Source: Candidatus Curtissbacteria bacterium (lineage in GTDB: Bacteria > Patescibacteriota > Microgenomatia > Curtissbacterales > GWA2-41-24). From it: a stretch of DNA of 64,000 nt. Position numbers and translations under genes: made by a program. Shown in pieces: positions 46,584 to 56,262 of the stretch; the stretch's first letter is position 1, and each line of letters begins with the position of its first letter. The stretch spans positions 3,911 through 67,910 of the forward strand of contig JAUSJC010000005.1 in the NCBI GenBank assembly GCA_030647775.1, read 5' to 3'. The notes under the pieces were generated by a model. That model did not search any database and had not been told where the DNA came from. It was given only the letters and a program-made list of their open reading frames with translations.

Positions 46584-46598
46584 GAAAATTATGACAAG

Positions 46599-47057
46599 TT
46601 ACTTAACTGCAATAAGTTCTAGTTCAAAAACCAAAATGGAGTTGGCGGGAATTCCGGGGATATCCCGGCCACCGTATGCCAAATCCGAAGGAATTGTAAG
46701 CTTCCGCCTGCCGCCGGCTTTCATTCCGATAACTCCCTCATCCCAGCCTTTTATTACCTGCCCAACACCAATCTGCGTCGTAAACGGCGTACCGCGGTCA
46801 TAAGAACTGTCAAATTTTGTTCCGTCGGTTAAAGTCCCTTTGTAGTTTATGGTCACCGTATCGCCGCTTTTAACCTCCGGCCCGCTGCCAACTTGAATAT
46901 CTTCTATCTTAAGGCCGGATGGTACTGCGCCTTGAGTCGCCTGTACCGGCAAATTTATATTTGTGTCTGTCATTTTTTCTTCGCTTTTACGGGTAACCAA
47001 AAATCCGAAAGTTATTAGAACAACAATGGCAAAAACTACAGTAATTTTCTTCGACAT
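46599..47057 (-). CDS. FKBP-type peptidyl-prolyl isomerase
   Basis: YKGTLTDGTKFDSS, VIKGWDEG, IPSDLAYG, LVFELEL. Confidence 0.96.
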   Translation of the reverse strand: MSKKITVVFAIVVLITFGFLVTRKSEEKMTDTNINLPVQATQGAVPSGLKIEDIQVGSGPEVKSGDTVTINYKGTLTDGTKFDSSYDRGTPFTTQIGVGQVIKGWDEGVIGMKAGGRRKLTIPSDLAYGGRDIPGIPANSILVFELELIAVK

Positions 47058-47135
47058 TATTTAGTCTAGCAAATGATAACGCGTAATGTAATAATCCGCA
47101 TCCACACCAATCTTGCCAACAGCCAAAAGGCAACC

Positions 47136-48182
47136 TTAAATAATTCCTCTAGCCTTAAGAAGTTCGGCGTTTAAAATCGCCGCCCCGGCTGCCCCGCGTA
47201 TTGTGTTGTGAACCAGTAGAACTAAATTAATATCCAAGACGTTAGATTCTCTAATTCTACCAACAATAATCGACATTCCGCCGTTTATGTCTCTATCCAA
47301 AACCGGCTGCGGTCTGTTTGCCTCTTCCACCACCACAATTGGCTCTTTCGGCGCCGACGGCAAACCCAATTTTTGCGGCAAGCCCCGAAAGTTTTTCAAA
47401 ACTCTAGTTACCTGCGTGGTTGTTACCCTCTTTTTAAAACCAATGCTTAAAGTTTCTGTGTGCCCATCACGCACACTTACCCTATTGCAATGGGCATCAA
47501 TTTTAAAAGATGCAAATTTCACCTCGTTACCATAAACCTTACCCAAAAGCTTTAGCGGTTCCACCTCGACTTTTTCTTCCTCGTCTTCAATATATGGCAC
47601 CACATTATCAACAGCATCGAGCGCCGAAACCCCGGGGTAGCCAGCACCAGATAGTGCCTGCATCGAAGTCATAACTACCCGCTCTACGCCAAAGGCTTCG
47701 TCCAATGGTTTTAGAACCATCGCCAAACCAACCGTCGTACAGTTGGGGTTCGTGACAATAAAGCCGTCTCCCCCAAACCTTTTTTTCTGAAATTCAATTA
47801 ATTTTATTTGGTCTGGATTAACTTCACCAATCAAAAGCGGCACATCGCTATCCATCCGATGATTTTTAGAGTTACTAATAACCGCATATCCGGCTCTGGC
47901 AAAATTCTCTTCTATTTCTCCGGCTACAGTTGAATCCAAACCGCTGAAAACCACCTTCGCCCCGGTGTTCGCCTCACAAGTTTTAACTTCTAAGTTGGCC
48001 GCATTAGCCGGCAGTTTTGTTGGCAGTCTCCACAAAACTACGTCTTTATAAGACTTACCCGCACTTCGCTCAGAAGCGCAAAGATCGGTAATTTCAAAAT
48101 AAGAATGATTTTCAAGTAGCTGAACAAATCTTTGGCCAACAGCACCGGTTGCCCCCAAAATTCCAACAGGAATTCTCTTCAT
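47136..48182 (-). CDS. asd: Aspartate-semialdehyde dehydrogenase
   Basis: LGATGAVGQ, NPNCTT, QALSGAG, HNTIRGAAG. Confidence 0.95.
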   Translation of the reverse strand: MKRIPVGILGATGAVGQRFVQLLENHSYFEITDLCASERSAGKSYKDVVLWRLPTKLPANAANLEVKTCEANTGAKVVFSGLDSTVAGEIEENFARAGYAVISNSKNHRMDSDVPLLIGEVNPDQIKLIEFQKKRFGGDGFIVTNPNCTTVGLAMVLKPLDEAFGVERVVMTSMQALSGAGYPGVSALDAVDNVVPYIEDEEEKVEVEPLKLLGKVYGNEVKFASFKIDAHCNRVSVRDGHTETLSIGFKKRVTTTQVTRVLKNFRGLPQKLGLPSAPKEPIVVVEEANRPQPVLDRDINGGMSIIVGRIRESNVLDINLVLLVHNTIRGAAGAAILNAELLKARGII

Positions 48183-49069
48183 ACCAAAGACAGGTTTTTC
48201 AGAGTTTTAACCAAAACTTCCTTATTTTTTGCTTGCATTGGAACCAAGGGCAAGCGGAAATTTTCGCCAATTCTGCCCATCAAGGCAAGCGCCGTTTTTA
48301 CGGGAATCGGGTTGGTTTCAATAAAATTGACGTTCATTAAATCTAAAAGTTTATAGTGGATATCTTTTGCCTTTTTAAAATTTCCCGAAAGAGCGGCAGA
48401 AACCATCTCGCTCATCTGTCGTGGAACCTCATTGGCCACAACCGAAATAACGCCGTCTCCCCCAACTGCCAAAAGCGGCAAGGTCAGGGCATCATCACCG
48501 GAAAGCACTGAAAAATCGCGGCCAGTACCTTTTATAATATCCATCATTTGCCCTAAGTTACCTGATGCTTCCTTAACCCCGACAACCTGTGGTACCTCTT
48601 TGGCAATTTGAATAACTACATCTGCTGAAACATTTGAACCAGTTCTTCCCGGAACATTGTAAAGAATAATCGGCAAATCAACTGCTTTTGCTATCGCCTT
48701 GTAATGGGCAACCAATCCCGCATTTGTCGGCTTGTTGTAATAGGGAGAAACATGCAAAAGGACGTCGGCTCCGGCTTCTTTGGCAATTTGCGAAAGATGG
48801 ATCGCCCTTGCCGTATCGTTACTGCCAGCTCCGGCGATAACCGGAATTTTCCCGCCTACTACATCAACCGTTGTTCTTACAACCAGCTCGTATTCTTCTA
48901 AATCTAAGGTGGCGGCCTCTCCCGTTGAACCGCATGGCACAATAGCAGAAACCGCGCCTGTTACTAAAAATTTAATCAGCTTTCTAAGCGCGCCAATATC
49001 AACATTCCCCTTCTCGTCAAACGGGGTAACCATAGCCGGGATCACACCGCTAATTTTGGTAAGTCTCAT
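48179..49069 (-). CDS. dapA: 4-hydroxy-tetrahydrodipicolinate synthase
   Basis: GSTGE, PYYNKP, YNVPGRTG, GVKEASG, NPIPVK. Confidence 0.96.
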   Translation of the reverse strand: MRLTKISGVIPAMVTPFDEKGNVDIGALRKLIKFLVTGAVSAIVPCGSTGEAATLDLEEYELVVRTTVDVVGGKIPVIAGAGSNDTARAIHLSQIAKEAGADVLLHVSPYYNKPTNAGLVAHYKAIAKAVDLPIILYNVPGRTGSNVSADVVIQIAKEVPQVVGVKEASGNLGQMMDIIKGTGRDFSVLSGDDALTLPLLAVGGDGVISVVANEVPRQMSEMVSAALSGNFKKAKDIHYKLLDLMNVNFIETNPIPVKTALALMGRIGENFRLPLVPMQAKNKEVLVKTLKNLSLV

Positions 49070-49807
49070 CTAAATTTTCTCCTTATCGAAAACTTGTTCG
49101 AACGAATAAATTCCTTTTTTATTTTTTATAAATTCGGCTGCCAAAAGCGCTCCCTGCGCAAAACCTCGCCGGCTGTGCGCCTGATGCGATAATTTTACTT
49201 CATCGGCCGCGCTGTCAAATACTACCTCATGAAATCCAAAATTATTTCCGCCTCGCACCGATGCAAAGTGTAACTCCTCTTCTTTAATTTGTCTATCGAG
49301 TTTTTCGAAATTGGCGACTTTCTTCTTGCCAAAATTGGCAATCACCAAATCGGTAATTTTTCGAGCCGTGCCGCTCGGGCTATCCTTCTTACCAGAATGA
49401 TGCATCTCCAAACCATAAACATCATACCCGCCGTATTTATCAAATAATTTGCTACTATAAGAAACTATTTTGAAAAAAATATTGGCCCCCACCGAAAAGT
49501 TCTTGGCGTAAATTAACCCGCCTTTACTCTTTTCCACAAGCCCTTTTACCGCGGCAAAATTATCATACCAGCCGGTTGTCCCGACAACTATCTTTGTCCC
49601 CAAAGCTAAAATTTCTTTGATATTGGAAAGAACAATTTCCCCTGATGTAAAATCGACAGCCACATCTGCCCTCTTGATTCCTTCTTTGTCTAGCCTATCT
49701 GTTTTGCTTTTAAAACTTATGGAAACAATCTTATGACCGCTTACTTCGTCAAGCAGTTTCTCAAGCTCTTGCCCCATATTGCCATAACCAACTAGCGCTA
49801 TTTTCAT
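49070..49807 (-). CDS. dapB: 4-hydroxy-tetrahydrodipicolinate reductase
   Basis: GTTG, NFSVG, EMHHSGKKDSPSGTA, FAQGA. Confidence 0.95.
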   Translation of the reverse strand: MKIALVGYGNMGQELEKLLDEVSGHKIVSISFKSKTDRLDKEGIKRADVAVDFTSGEIVLSNIKEILALGTKIVVGTTGWYDNFAAVKGLVEKSKGGLIYAKNFSVGANIFFKIVSYSSKLFDKYGGYDVYGLEMHHSGKKDSPSGTARKITDLVIANFGKKKVANFEKLDRQIKEEELHFASVRGGNNFGFHEVVFDSAADEVKLSHQAHSRRGFAQGALLAAEFIKNKKGIYSFEQVFDKEKI

Positions 49808-51154
49808 TTAGCTTTTACCTCCCACGTTCATTTTTTTGACCAGCAACTTGTTATGCAAAACCCGCACGGCCTGCTCAACTTGATCGTATTGTACCACCAG
49901 GCTCACATTTATATCTGTTGCCCCCAAAGAAACCATCTTCACCAGAATTCGCTGCCTGTCCAAAATCTCAAATATTTTTTTAATAGAAAGGCTCGAAGTT
50001 ACAATCCCCTCACCGATTAAAGAAACCATTCCCAGGTTGCGGTTAACAGTTACTTGGGCAAATTCCGAAAGCTTGCTGGTAACCTTGTTAAGGTCTTCGC
50101 CATCTTCTAAAGTAACCGAAACGCTAACCTCCGAAACACTAACCAAATCAATAGAAATATTACTATTTGCAAAAACTGCAAAAATTCTTGCCAAAAAACC
50201 TTTTGAAAAAAGCATTGCTGTTGAATAAATATTAACTAGTGTAATTTTCCTTTTGTAAGAAACGGCAGTAATCGGGTTTTTCAGATCCGGTTTATCCAAA
50301 ATTAAAGTTCCGGCGGATTTTGGATTTAAGGTATTTAGAACTCGAACAGGAATCCCCGCTTTTACCGCCGGCCTAATACTTCTTGGGTGCAAGACTTTTG
50401 CTCCAAAAGCCGCCAGCTCGGAAGCTTCTTTAAAAGAAACTTGGGCAATGACACGCGCCCGCTTTACAATTTTTGGGTCAGCGGTAAAGATTCCATCAAC
50501 ATCCGTCCAGATCTGAATTTCGGAAGCTCTAAGGCAAAAACCGATTATTGCCGCCGAATAATCAGAGCCCCCTCTTCCAAGAGTCGTAATCTCGCCGCTT
50601 TTTGTCGAACCGATATACCCGGTAACAACAGGGACAACGCCGCCAGAAATAAGCGGTTTTAAAATCTTCCTTACTTTTGTTACCGTTGGCCCTGGCAAAA
50701 ATTCCGCCGCCCCGAAATTATTATCAGTAACAATTAAATCATTGGCCACTACTTGCTCTGCCCTTATCCCCGATCTTTTAAGAAATCTCGCCACAATGTA
50801 AGAAGAAATCACCTCACCCGTGGCAAGCACTCTATCTAAATCGGATTTTTCCCTTCCGGCGCGGCCAAGCAATTTTTCAATCTCCGCGAGTTTGGAGTCG
50901 ATATAGAGGCAAACATCCACCAGTTCGTCTCCTTTGAATAGGTCGCTTGCCAAATCTTTGTGCACCCGCCGAATCTCGCGAAGAGTTGAATTTCTATTCC
51001 TGGCAAAAGCCGCGATCAGCAAATCTGTTATGCCACCTACTGCCGAAACCACCACTATCGGTTTTCTCGCCAACTTGCCTTTAATAATCTCGCGAAGAGT
51101 TTTTACTCTTGAGACAGTTGAAAGCGATGTACCACCAAATTTTGTAACAATCAT
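49808..51154 (-). CDS. lysC: Aspartokinase
   Basis: KFGGTS, TTLGRGGSD, WTDVDG, GAKVLHP, ACT domains. Confidence 0.95.
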   Translation of the reverse strand: MIVTKFGGTSLSTVSRVKTLREIIKGKLARKPIVVVSAVGGITDLLIAAFARNRNSTLREIRRVHKDLASDLFKGDELVDVCLYIDSKLAEIEKLLGRAGREKSDLDRVLATGEVISSYIVARFLKRSGIRAEQVVANDLIVTDNNFGAAEFLPGPTVTKVRKILKPLISGGVVPVVTGYIGSTKSGEITTLGRGGSDYSAAIIGFCLRASEIQIWTDVDGIFTADPKIVKRARVIAQVSFKEASELAAFGAKVLHPRSIRPAVKAGIPVRVLNTLNPKSAGTLILDKPDLKNPITAVSYKRKITLVNIYSTAMLFSKGFLARIFAVFANSNISIDLVSVSEVSVSVTLEDGEDLNKVTSKLSEFAQVTVNRNLGMVSLIGEGIVTSSLSIKKIFEILDRQRILVKMVSLGATDINVSLVVQYDQVEQAVRVLHNKLLVKKMNVGGKS

Positions 51155-51156
51155 GC

Positions 51157-52407
51157 CTAGAGATTTGAAAAATCTAAAGTCGCAAAGTAATCTTTGACAG
51201 TTTCTGCTCTTCTTATCTCCTCTACCTTACCGTTTGCCTTAAGCAGAAGTTCTGCCGACCTTAATTTTCCATTGTAATTAAAACCCATCGCATGTCCATG
51301 GGCCCCGGTGTCGTGGATAACCAAGATGTCTCCAATTTCAATTTTGGGCAAGCTTCTATCAACGGCGAATTTGTCATTATTCTCGCAAAGCGAACCGACA
51401 ACATCATATGTACGGGATTTTCTGGATTTTTCCTTCCCTAAAACTGTAATGTGGTGATATGCCCCGTACATTCCCGGCCTCATCAAATTGGCCATACAGG
51501 CATCTACCCCAATGTACTTTTTGTAAATATCTTTTTTATGAAGAACCGTTGTCACTAAATATCCATAAGGCCCGGTAATCATCCGGCCGTTTTCCATAAA
51601 AATTTTAAGCGGTGCCATCCCTCTTCCCGCAACTTTCGTCTCGTATAACTTTTTGACCCCCCGCGAGATAAAACCTAAATCAACAGGTTTTTGCCCCGGT
51701 CTATAGGGAATTCCAACTCCGCCGCCAATATTAATAAATTCAAACTTTATCCCTAGCTTTTGCGAGATTTCATATGCCAAATCGATAAGCATCTTTGCTG
51801 TTTCTATAAAATAATTTGCATTAAGTTCATTGGAAGCAACCATCGTGTGCATCCCGAATCTTTTGATTCCCTTATCGGAAACTTTCTTGTAAGCTTCAAA
51901 CATCTGTTCGCGCGTCAAACCATACTTTGCCTCTTCTGGCTTACCGATAATCACATTCCCCTTCCTCAAAGGGCCTGGGTTATAACGGAAACAAATAATC
52001 TGCGGTAACCCCGCATGTTTTTCTAAAAACTCAATATGGGAAATATCATCTAAATTAATAATCGCCCCAAGCTCTTTTGCCTTTTTATATTCGGCAGCCG
52101 GAGTTTCATTTGAAGAAAACATAATTTTCTCACCAACTATCCCAACCTTTTGAGCTAGCATTAGCTCTGGAAGCGAACTGCAATCTAAACCAAACCCGCT
52201 CTCGCCTAAAATTTTTAAAATGTAAGGATTTGGGCAAGCTTTAACGGCAAAAAATTCACCAAAACCCTTGTTCCAGGAAAAGGTCTTTAAAAGCTTTTTT
52301 GCGTTCGCCCGAGTACTCTTCTCGTCATAAATATGAAAAGGTGTTGGATAATCTTTTATAATTTTCTCAATCTGTGCTTTTGTAAAAGGCGGCGTTTTTT
52401 GGGTCAT
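51157..52407 (-). CDS. lysA: Diaminopimelate decarboxylase
   Basis: FAVKACPN, INIGGG, ENGR, GSLCENND, GFNYN. Confidence 0.93.
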   Translation of the reverse strand: MTQKTPPFTKAQIEKIIKDYPTPFHIYDEKSTRANAKKLLKTFSWNKGFGEFFAVKACPNPYILKILGESGFGLDCSSLPELMLAQKVGIVGEKIMFSSNETPAAEYKKAKELGAIINLDDISHIEFLEKHAGLPQIICFRYNPGPLRKGNVIIGKPEEAKYGLTREQMFEAYKKVSDKGIKRFGMHTMVASNELNANYFIETAKMLIDLAYEISQKLGIKFEFINIGGGVGIPYRPGQKPVDLGFISRGVKKLYETKVAGRGMAPLKIFMENGRMITGPYGYLVTTVLHKKDIYKKYIGVDACMANLMRPGMYGAYHHITVLGKEKSRKSRTYDVVGSLCENNDKFAVDRSLPKIEIGDILVIHDTGAHGHAMGFNYNGKLRSAELLLKANGKVEEIRRAETVKDYFATLDFSNL

Positions 52408-52408
52408 A

Positions 52409-53632
52409 TCAAATTTTTAAGTTTTGGTAAATACTCTCTACTGCTTTTTGAATATTTTCTCGATGTCCAAAGGCGCTAAGCCTTAAATAGCCCTCCCCGC
52501 TGAATCCGAAACCAGATCCCGGAATTCCAACCACGTGAGCTTCCAAAAGGAGCTTATCAAAAAAATCCCAGGATTTCATGTTGCCTGGCGTTTTAAGCCA
52601 GATATAAGGAGCATTATCTCCGCCAAAAGACTTAAGACCCATTTTACTAAGAGTTTTTTTAATCATTCTCGCATTACCCATATAATAATCGACTACTTTT
52701 TGGCTTTGGCTGACACCTTTTGGTGAAAGTACTGCCAATCCCCCTTCCTGGGCAATGTTAGAAGCTCCATTGAACATGGTCGTCTGCCTTCTGTTCCAAA
52801 GCATATTTAGTTTTCCTTGGGGTGAATTTTTGCAGACTAAGCCCATGGGAACAACTGTCCAGCCAAGCCGTACTCCGCAAAATCCCGCCCATTTTGAAAA
52901 ACTATTAATCTCAATGGCGCATTCTTTTGCTCCCGGAACTTCGTAGACACTTCTTGGAAGTTTAGGGTCTGAGATATAAGCGAAATAAGCAGCGTCAAAA
53001 ACTATAACGGCTTTTGTCTTTACGGCAAAGTCTACAAAATTTTTTAATTGTTTTTTAGTCGCAACAGCACCTGTAGGATTATTAGGACTACAGATATAAA
53101 TTAGGTCTACTTTCCTCTTGGGTAAATCTGGGAAAAATCCATTTTCTTCATTGCACGGCAGATAGACAAGGCCCTTATATTTACCCCCGGAAAACTCTCC
53201 TGTTCTTCCGGCAATAACATTACTGTCGACATAAACCGGATAAACGGGATCGCAAACCGCGATGACACTATCTTTGCTGAAAAGAGATTGTATGTTCGCC
53301 GAATCGGATTTGGCCCCATCGCTTATAAAAATCTCGCCCGGATCTAAAAAAACCTTACGCTTCTGATACCATTTACCAAGCGTTTCCCTGAGCAGTAAAT
53401 TACCTTGCTCATCACCATAACCGCTGTATGTCTCAACCCGCGATAACTTTTCTACGCCTTTTGCCAAACCATTAATCACAGCCGGAACAAGAGGTTCTGT
53501 TGTATTGCCTATCCCGAGCCGAAGGATTTCGATATCCGGATTTTTATTGGCGAACTCTTTTGTTCTCCTGGCGATTTCCGAAAACAAATATCCGGCAGCG
53601 AGCTTGTCAAAGTTCGTATTGATTGTCGCCAT
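52409..53632 (-). CDS. dapL: LL-diaminopimelate aminotransferase
   Basis: GYLF, LGIG, GYGDEQG, SDGAK, PNNPTG, SFSK…GVRLGW. Confidence 0.93.
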   Translation of the reverse strand: MATINTNFDKLAAGYLFSEIARRTKEFANKNPDIEILRLGIGNTTEPLVPAVINGLAKGVEKLSRVETYSGYGDEQGNLLLRETLGKWYQKRKVFLDPGEIFISDGAKSDSANIQSLFSKDSVIAVCDPVYPVYVDSNVIAGRTGEFSGGKYKGLVYLPCNEENGFFPDLPKRKVDLIYICSPNNPTGAVATKKQLKNFVDFAVKTKAVIVFDAAYFAYISDPKLPRSVYEVPGAKECAIEINSFSKWAGFCGVRLGWTVVPMGLVCKNSPQGKLNMLWNRRQTTMFNGASNIAQEGGLAVLSPKGVSQSQKVVDYYMGNARMIKKTLSKMGLKSFGGDNAPYIWLKTPGNMKSWDFFDKLLLEAHVVGIPGSGFGFSGEGYLRLSAFGHRENIQKAVESIYQNLKI

Positions 53633-53685
53633 GAACCAAATTTTATCCTAATATCGTACCATTAACAAATCGGGGTAGATCCAAA

Positions 53686-54837
53686 CTAACTACGAATGGC
53701 AGAGGCAACCGCGCCAACGACCCTCTTATCAAACGGGGAAGGCAATATCTCGTGTCGGCTGGGCTTCTTGACAAGACTGGCCAATTTAACAGCTGCTTCA
53801 ATTTTCATCGAAGTTGTGATCTTAGACACTTTGTTTCCCAATGCACCCTTAAAAACACCTGGAAATACCAGAAGATTATTTATCTGGTTTTCGAAGTCAG
53901 ACCTGCCGGAAGCAGCAATATACGCGCCACTGGCAATTGCCTCATTAGGCAAAATCTCCGGGTCTGGATTGGCCATCGCAAAAACAACAGGTTTTGTTGC
54001 CATACTGGCAATCATCTCACCAGTAATCTTACCCCCCGTCGAAACCCCGATTAAAACATCGGCACCTAAAACTGCCTCTTCCAACCCACCTATCAAATTC
54101 CCGGGGTTGGTAATTCTTGCCAGGTCTACTTTATTTGCGTCAAGATCGTCTCTCCTATTACTTATCAGACCTTTACTGTCACAAACTAAAATATTGCCAA
54201 TCCCATATGCGACCAGAAGTCTAGCAATTCCGCTGCCGGCAGCCCCTGCGCCAATAATTACAATCTTAACTTTTGCAAGATTCTTACCGACAACCGAGAT
54301 AGCGTTAATAAGAGCGGCCAAAACAGCAATCGCCGTCCCGTGTTGATCATCATGCATAACAGGAATATCCAAAAGTTCAACTAGTCTGCTTTCAATTTCA
54401 AAGCATCGCGGAGCAGAAATATCCTCCAGCTGAATTCCTCCAAATACCGGAGAAATATTTTTCACTGTTTTGATTATTTCCTCAACGTCCTGGGTTGCCA
54501 AAACAATCGGAAACGCATTAACACCTGCAAACTCCTTATAAATCATGGCTTTCCCCTCCATTACCGGAATTGCGCCTTCTGCTCCAATATTTCCCAGCCC
54601 CAAAACTGCCGAACCGTCGGAAACTATTGCTACCGTATTGTTTTTGATTGTGAAATCTCGCGTCTTTCCTCTATGCTTTGCCAAATAAGCAGAAACCGCG
54701 CCAACACCTGGAGTGTAAAAGATGTTTAAATCGCTTCTGCTTTTGACTGGCGCCTTGCTCTTGATCTCGATTTTCCCGCCCAGCGCCAAATGAGCATCAA
54801 TCGCCTCTCTTGATATTTTTTTCTTGTCCTGTGCCAT
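53686..54837 (-). CDS. NAD(P)-dependent malic enzyme
   Basis: YTPGV, GLGNIG…PVMEGK, LEDISAP, HDDQHGT, ANPDPE. Confidence 0.94.
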   Translation of the reverse strand: MAQDKKKISREAIDAHLALGGKIEIKSKAPVKSRSDLNIFYTPGVGAVSAYLAKHRGKTRDFTIKNNTVAIVSDGSAVLGLGNIGAEGAIPVMEGKAMIYKEFAGVNAFPIVLATQDVEEIIKTVKNISPVFGGIQLEDISAPRCFEIESRLVELLDIPVMHDDQHGTAIAVLAALINAISVVGKNLAKVKIVIIGAGAAGSGIARLLVAYGIGNILVCDSKGLISNRRDDLDANKVDLARITNPGNLIGGLEEAVLGADVLIGVSTGGKITGEMIASMATKPVVFAMANPDPEILPNEAIASGAYIAASGRSDFENQINNLLVFPGVFKGALGNKVSKITTSMKIEAAVKLASLVKKPSRHEILPSPFDKRVVGAVASAIRS

Positions 54838-54847
54838 TTGAATTAAA

Positions 54848-55570
54848 CTAACTTTCCGGATACATTTTGATTGCCTTCTGTCTTGCCGCTTCCAAAATTT
54901 TCTCTTCCCCCGCTAGAACAATCGGTGGCCTTATAAGTTCGTGAACGTTGCTGCTTGCTATGTCTTTTAAAAGTTCTATCTGCACTCTATGCTCAATCGG
55001 CAGCGCCCTCTTTTGCAAAGTTTCGGCGCTGTCACCCGCCATAATCTCCACTCTGGCAGATTTCACAACTGCACCCGCATCCATATCTCTTTCCGCCCTT
55101 TGCGCGACAACCTCTGTCCACATCTCTCCCCCAGTCAATTTTCTAAACTCTAAAACTGCCGCGTGAACAGCAGTCCCATACATCCCTTTTCCGCCAAACT
55201 CTGGAATTGGTCCTGGGTGTTGATTAAAAATCATTCCGCTGTAAGCATCCGTCACAACATTCGGCGTCCATGGATACCAGCCGTTCTGCATTACCACATC
55301 AACTTTTCTTTTTTTAAGTTCTTTTATTATTGCTTCCCCAAATTTCTCCTGATCCACTTTTCCACCGACTCGAAAATCGTCCGGGTTAATAACCACAATA
55401 TCCTCCGCGGGAATCCCCAACTTTTTGGCCTTTTCTATGCCGCCAGAGTTTGGGTTGCTGGAAATAACGCATACAAGATCAAACGGAATTTCCCCGGAAA
55501 GGCACGCTTTGCCGATTGCCTCCATCGTCGTCCCCCCACCGGAAATTAAACTGGCCAGCCGCATTTTCAC
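54848..55570 (-). CDS. purN: Phosphoribosylglycinamide formyltransferase-like protein
   Basis: LISGGGTTM, NQHPG…FGGKGMYG, D-x-G. Confidence 0.75.
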   Translation of the reverse strand: MKMRLASLISGGGTTMEAIGKACLSGEIPFDLVCVISSNPNSGGIEKAKKLGIPAEDIVVINPDDFRVGGKVDQEKFGEAIIKELKKRKVDVVMQNGWYPWTPNVVTDAYSGMIFNQHPGPIPEFGGKGMYGTAVHAAVLEFRKLTGGEMWTEVVAQRAERDMDAGAVVKSARVEIMAGDSAETLQKRALPIEHRVQIELLKDIASSNVHELIRPPIVLAGEEKILEAARQKAIKMYPES

Positions 55571-56250
55571 CCTCGCATTATACCAATCCGAAGTTTGCTC
55601 AAAAATTTAAGGACTAAAATCGCCGCAATGTCGAGCGCTATCGGCACAAACATTAACTTACTCCCGGATTGCATAACCGGCAAAAATCCATTCACCAAAA
55701 ATTCTAAATTGATCGCGGTTATTCGAAAACCCACAAAATACAAAAACCCGAAAACCACCGCAACAACCACGACCAGCTCCAGAACCCCCTCCATGTCACG
55801 CTTACTGGAAAACATAGTGTTGCCGATTTCAAAAACAATGTAGCCGCCAAGCAGTTTCCCCCACCAAATATCCAAAAACCCCAGTTTCCCCAAAAGCGCC
55901 AGAGAGAAAACTAAAAGAATCGTCCCGATTAAAAATGGCGCCGCGCCGATAGCAAACATCCTGAATGGATCCGCTTCCCCAACCGGCACGCTTCCGAGTT
56001 TTATACCCTTCCCCTCAATTTTTGGCATTAGCTCTATATCTCCAACCGGGACCCTTAATATTTCTGCCATAAATACATGAGCCATCTCGTGAACTATCGT
56101 CCCGGGTAAAAAAACGAAAGCTAAAAAGTAAACCGTCCACTTCCTGCTTTTAGTCACTCTGTAAAATAACCGGCCCAAATCCGAAATTAAAATTTTGGAA
56201 AGAATAAATAAAAAGATAAGTTCGCCAAAAAAACGCAGGACAAATTGCAT
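55567..56250 (-). CDS. Membrane zinc metalloprotease-like (M50-like) protein
   Basis: PGTIVHEMAH, GAAP, SSKRD. Confidence 0.75.
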   Translation of the reverse strand: MQFVLRFFGELIFLFILSKILISDLGRLFYRVTKSRKWTVYFLAFVFLPGTIVHEMAHVFMAEILRVPVGDIELMPKIEGKGIKLGSVPVGEADPFRMFAIGAAPFLIGTILLVFSLALLGKLGFLDIWWGKLLGGYIVFEIGNTMFSSKRDMEGVLELVVVVAVVFGFLYFVGFRITAINLEFLVNGFLPVMQSGSKLMFVPIALDIAAILVLKFLSKLRIGIMRG

Positions 56251-56262
56251 CCTATACCCATC

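Noticed and set aside
47058-47135. Ghost of asd terminus
   Set aside because: Only a GLL versus GII resemblance with no stop codon.
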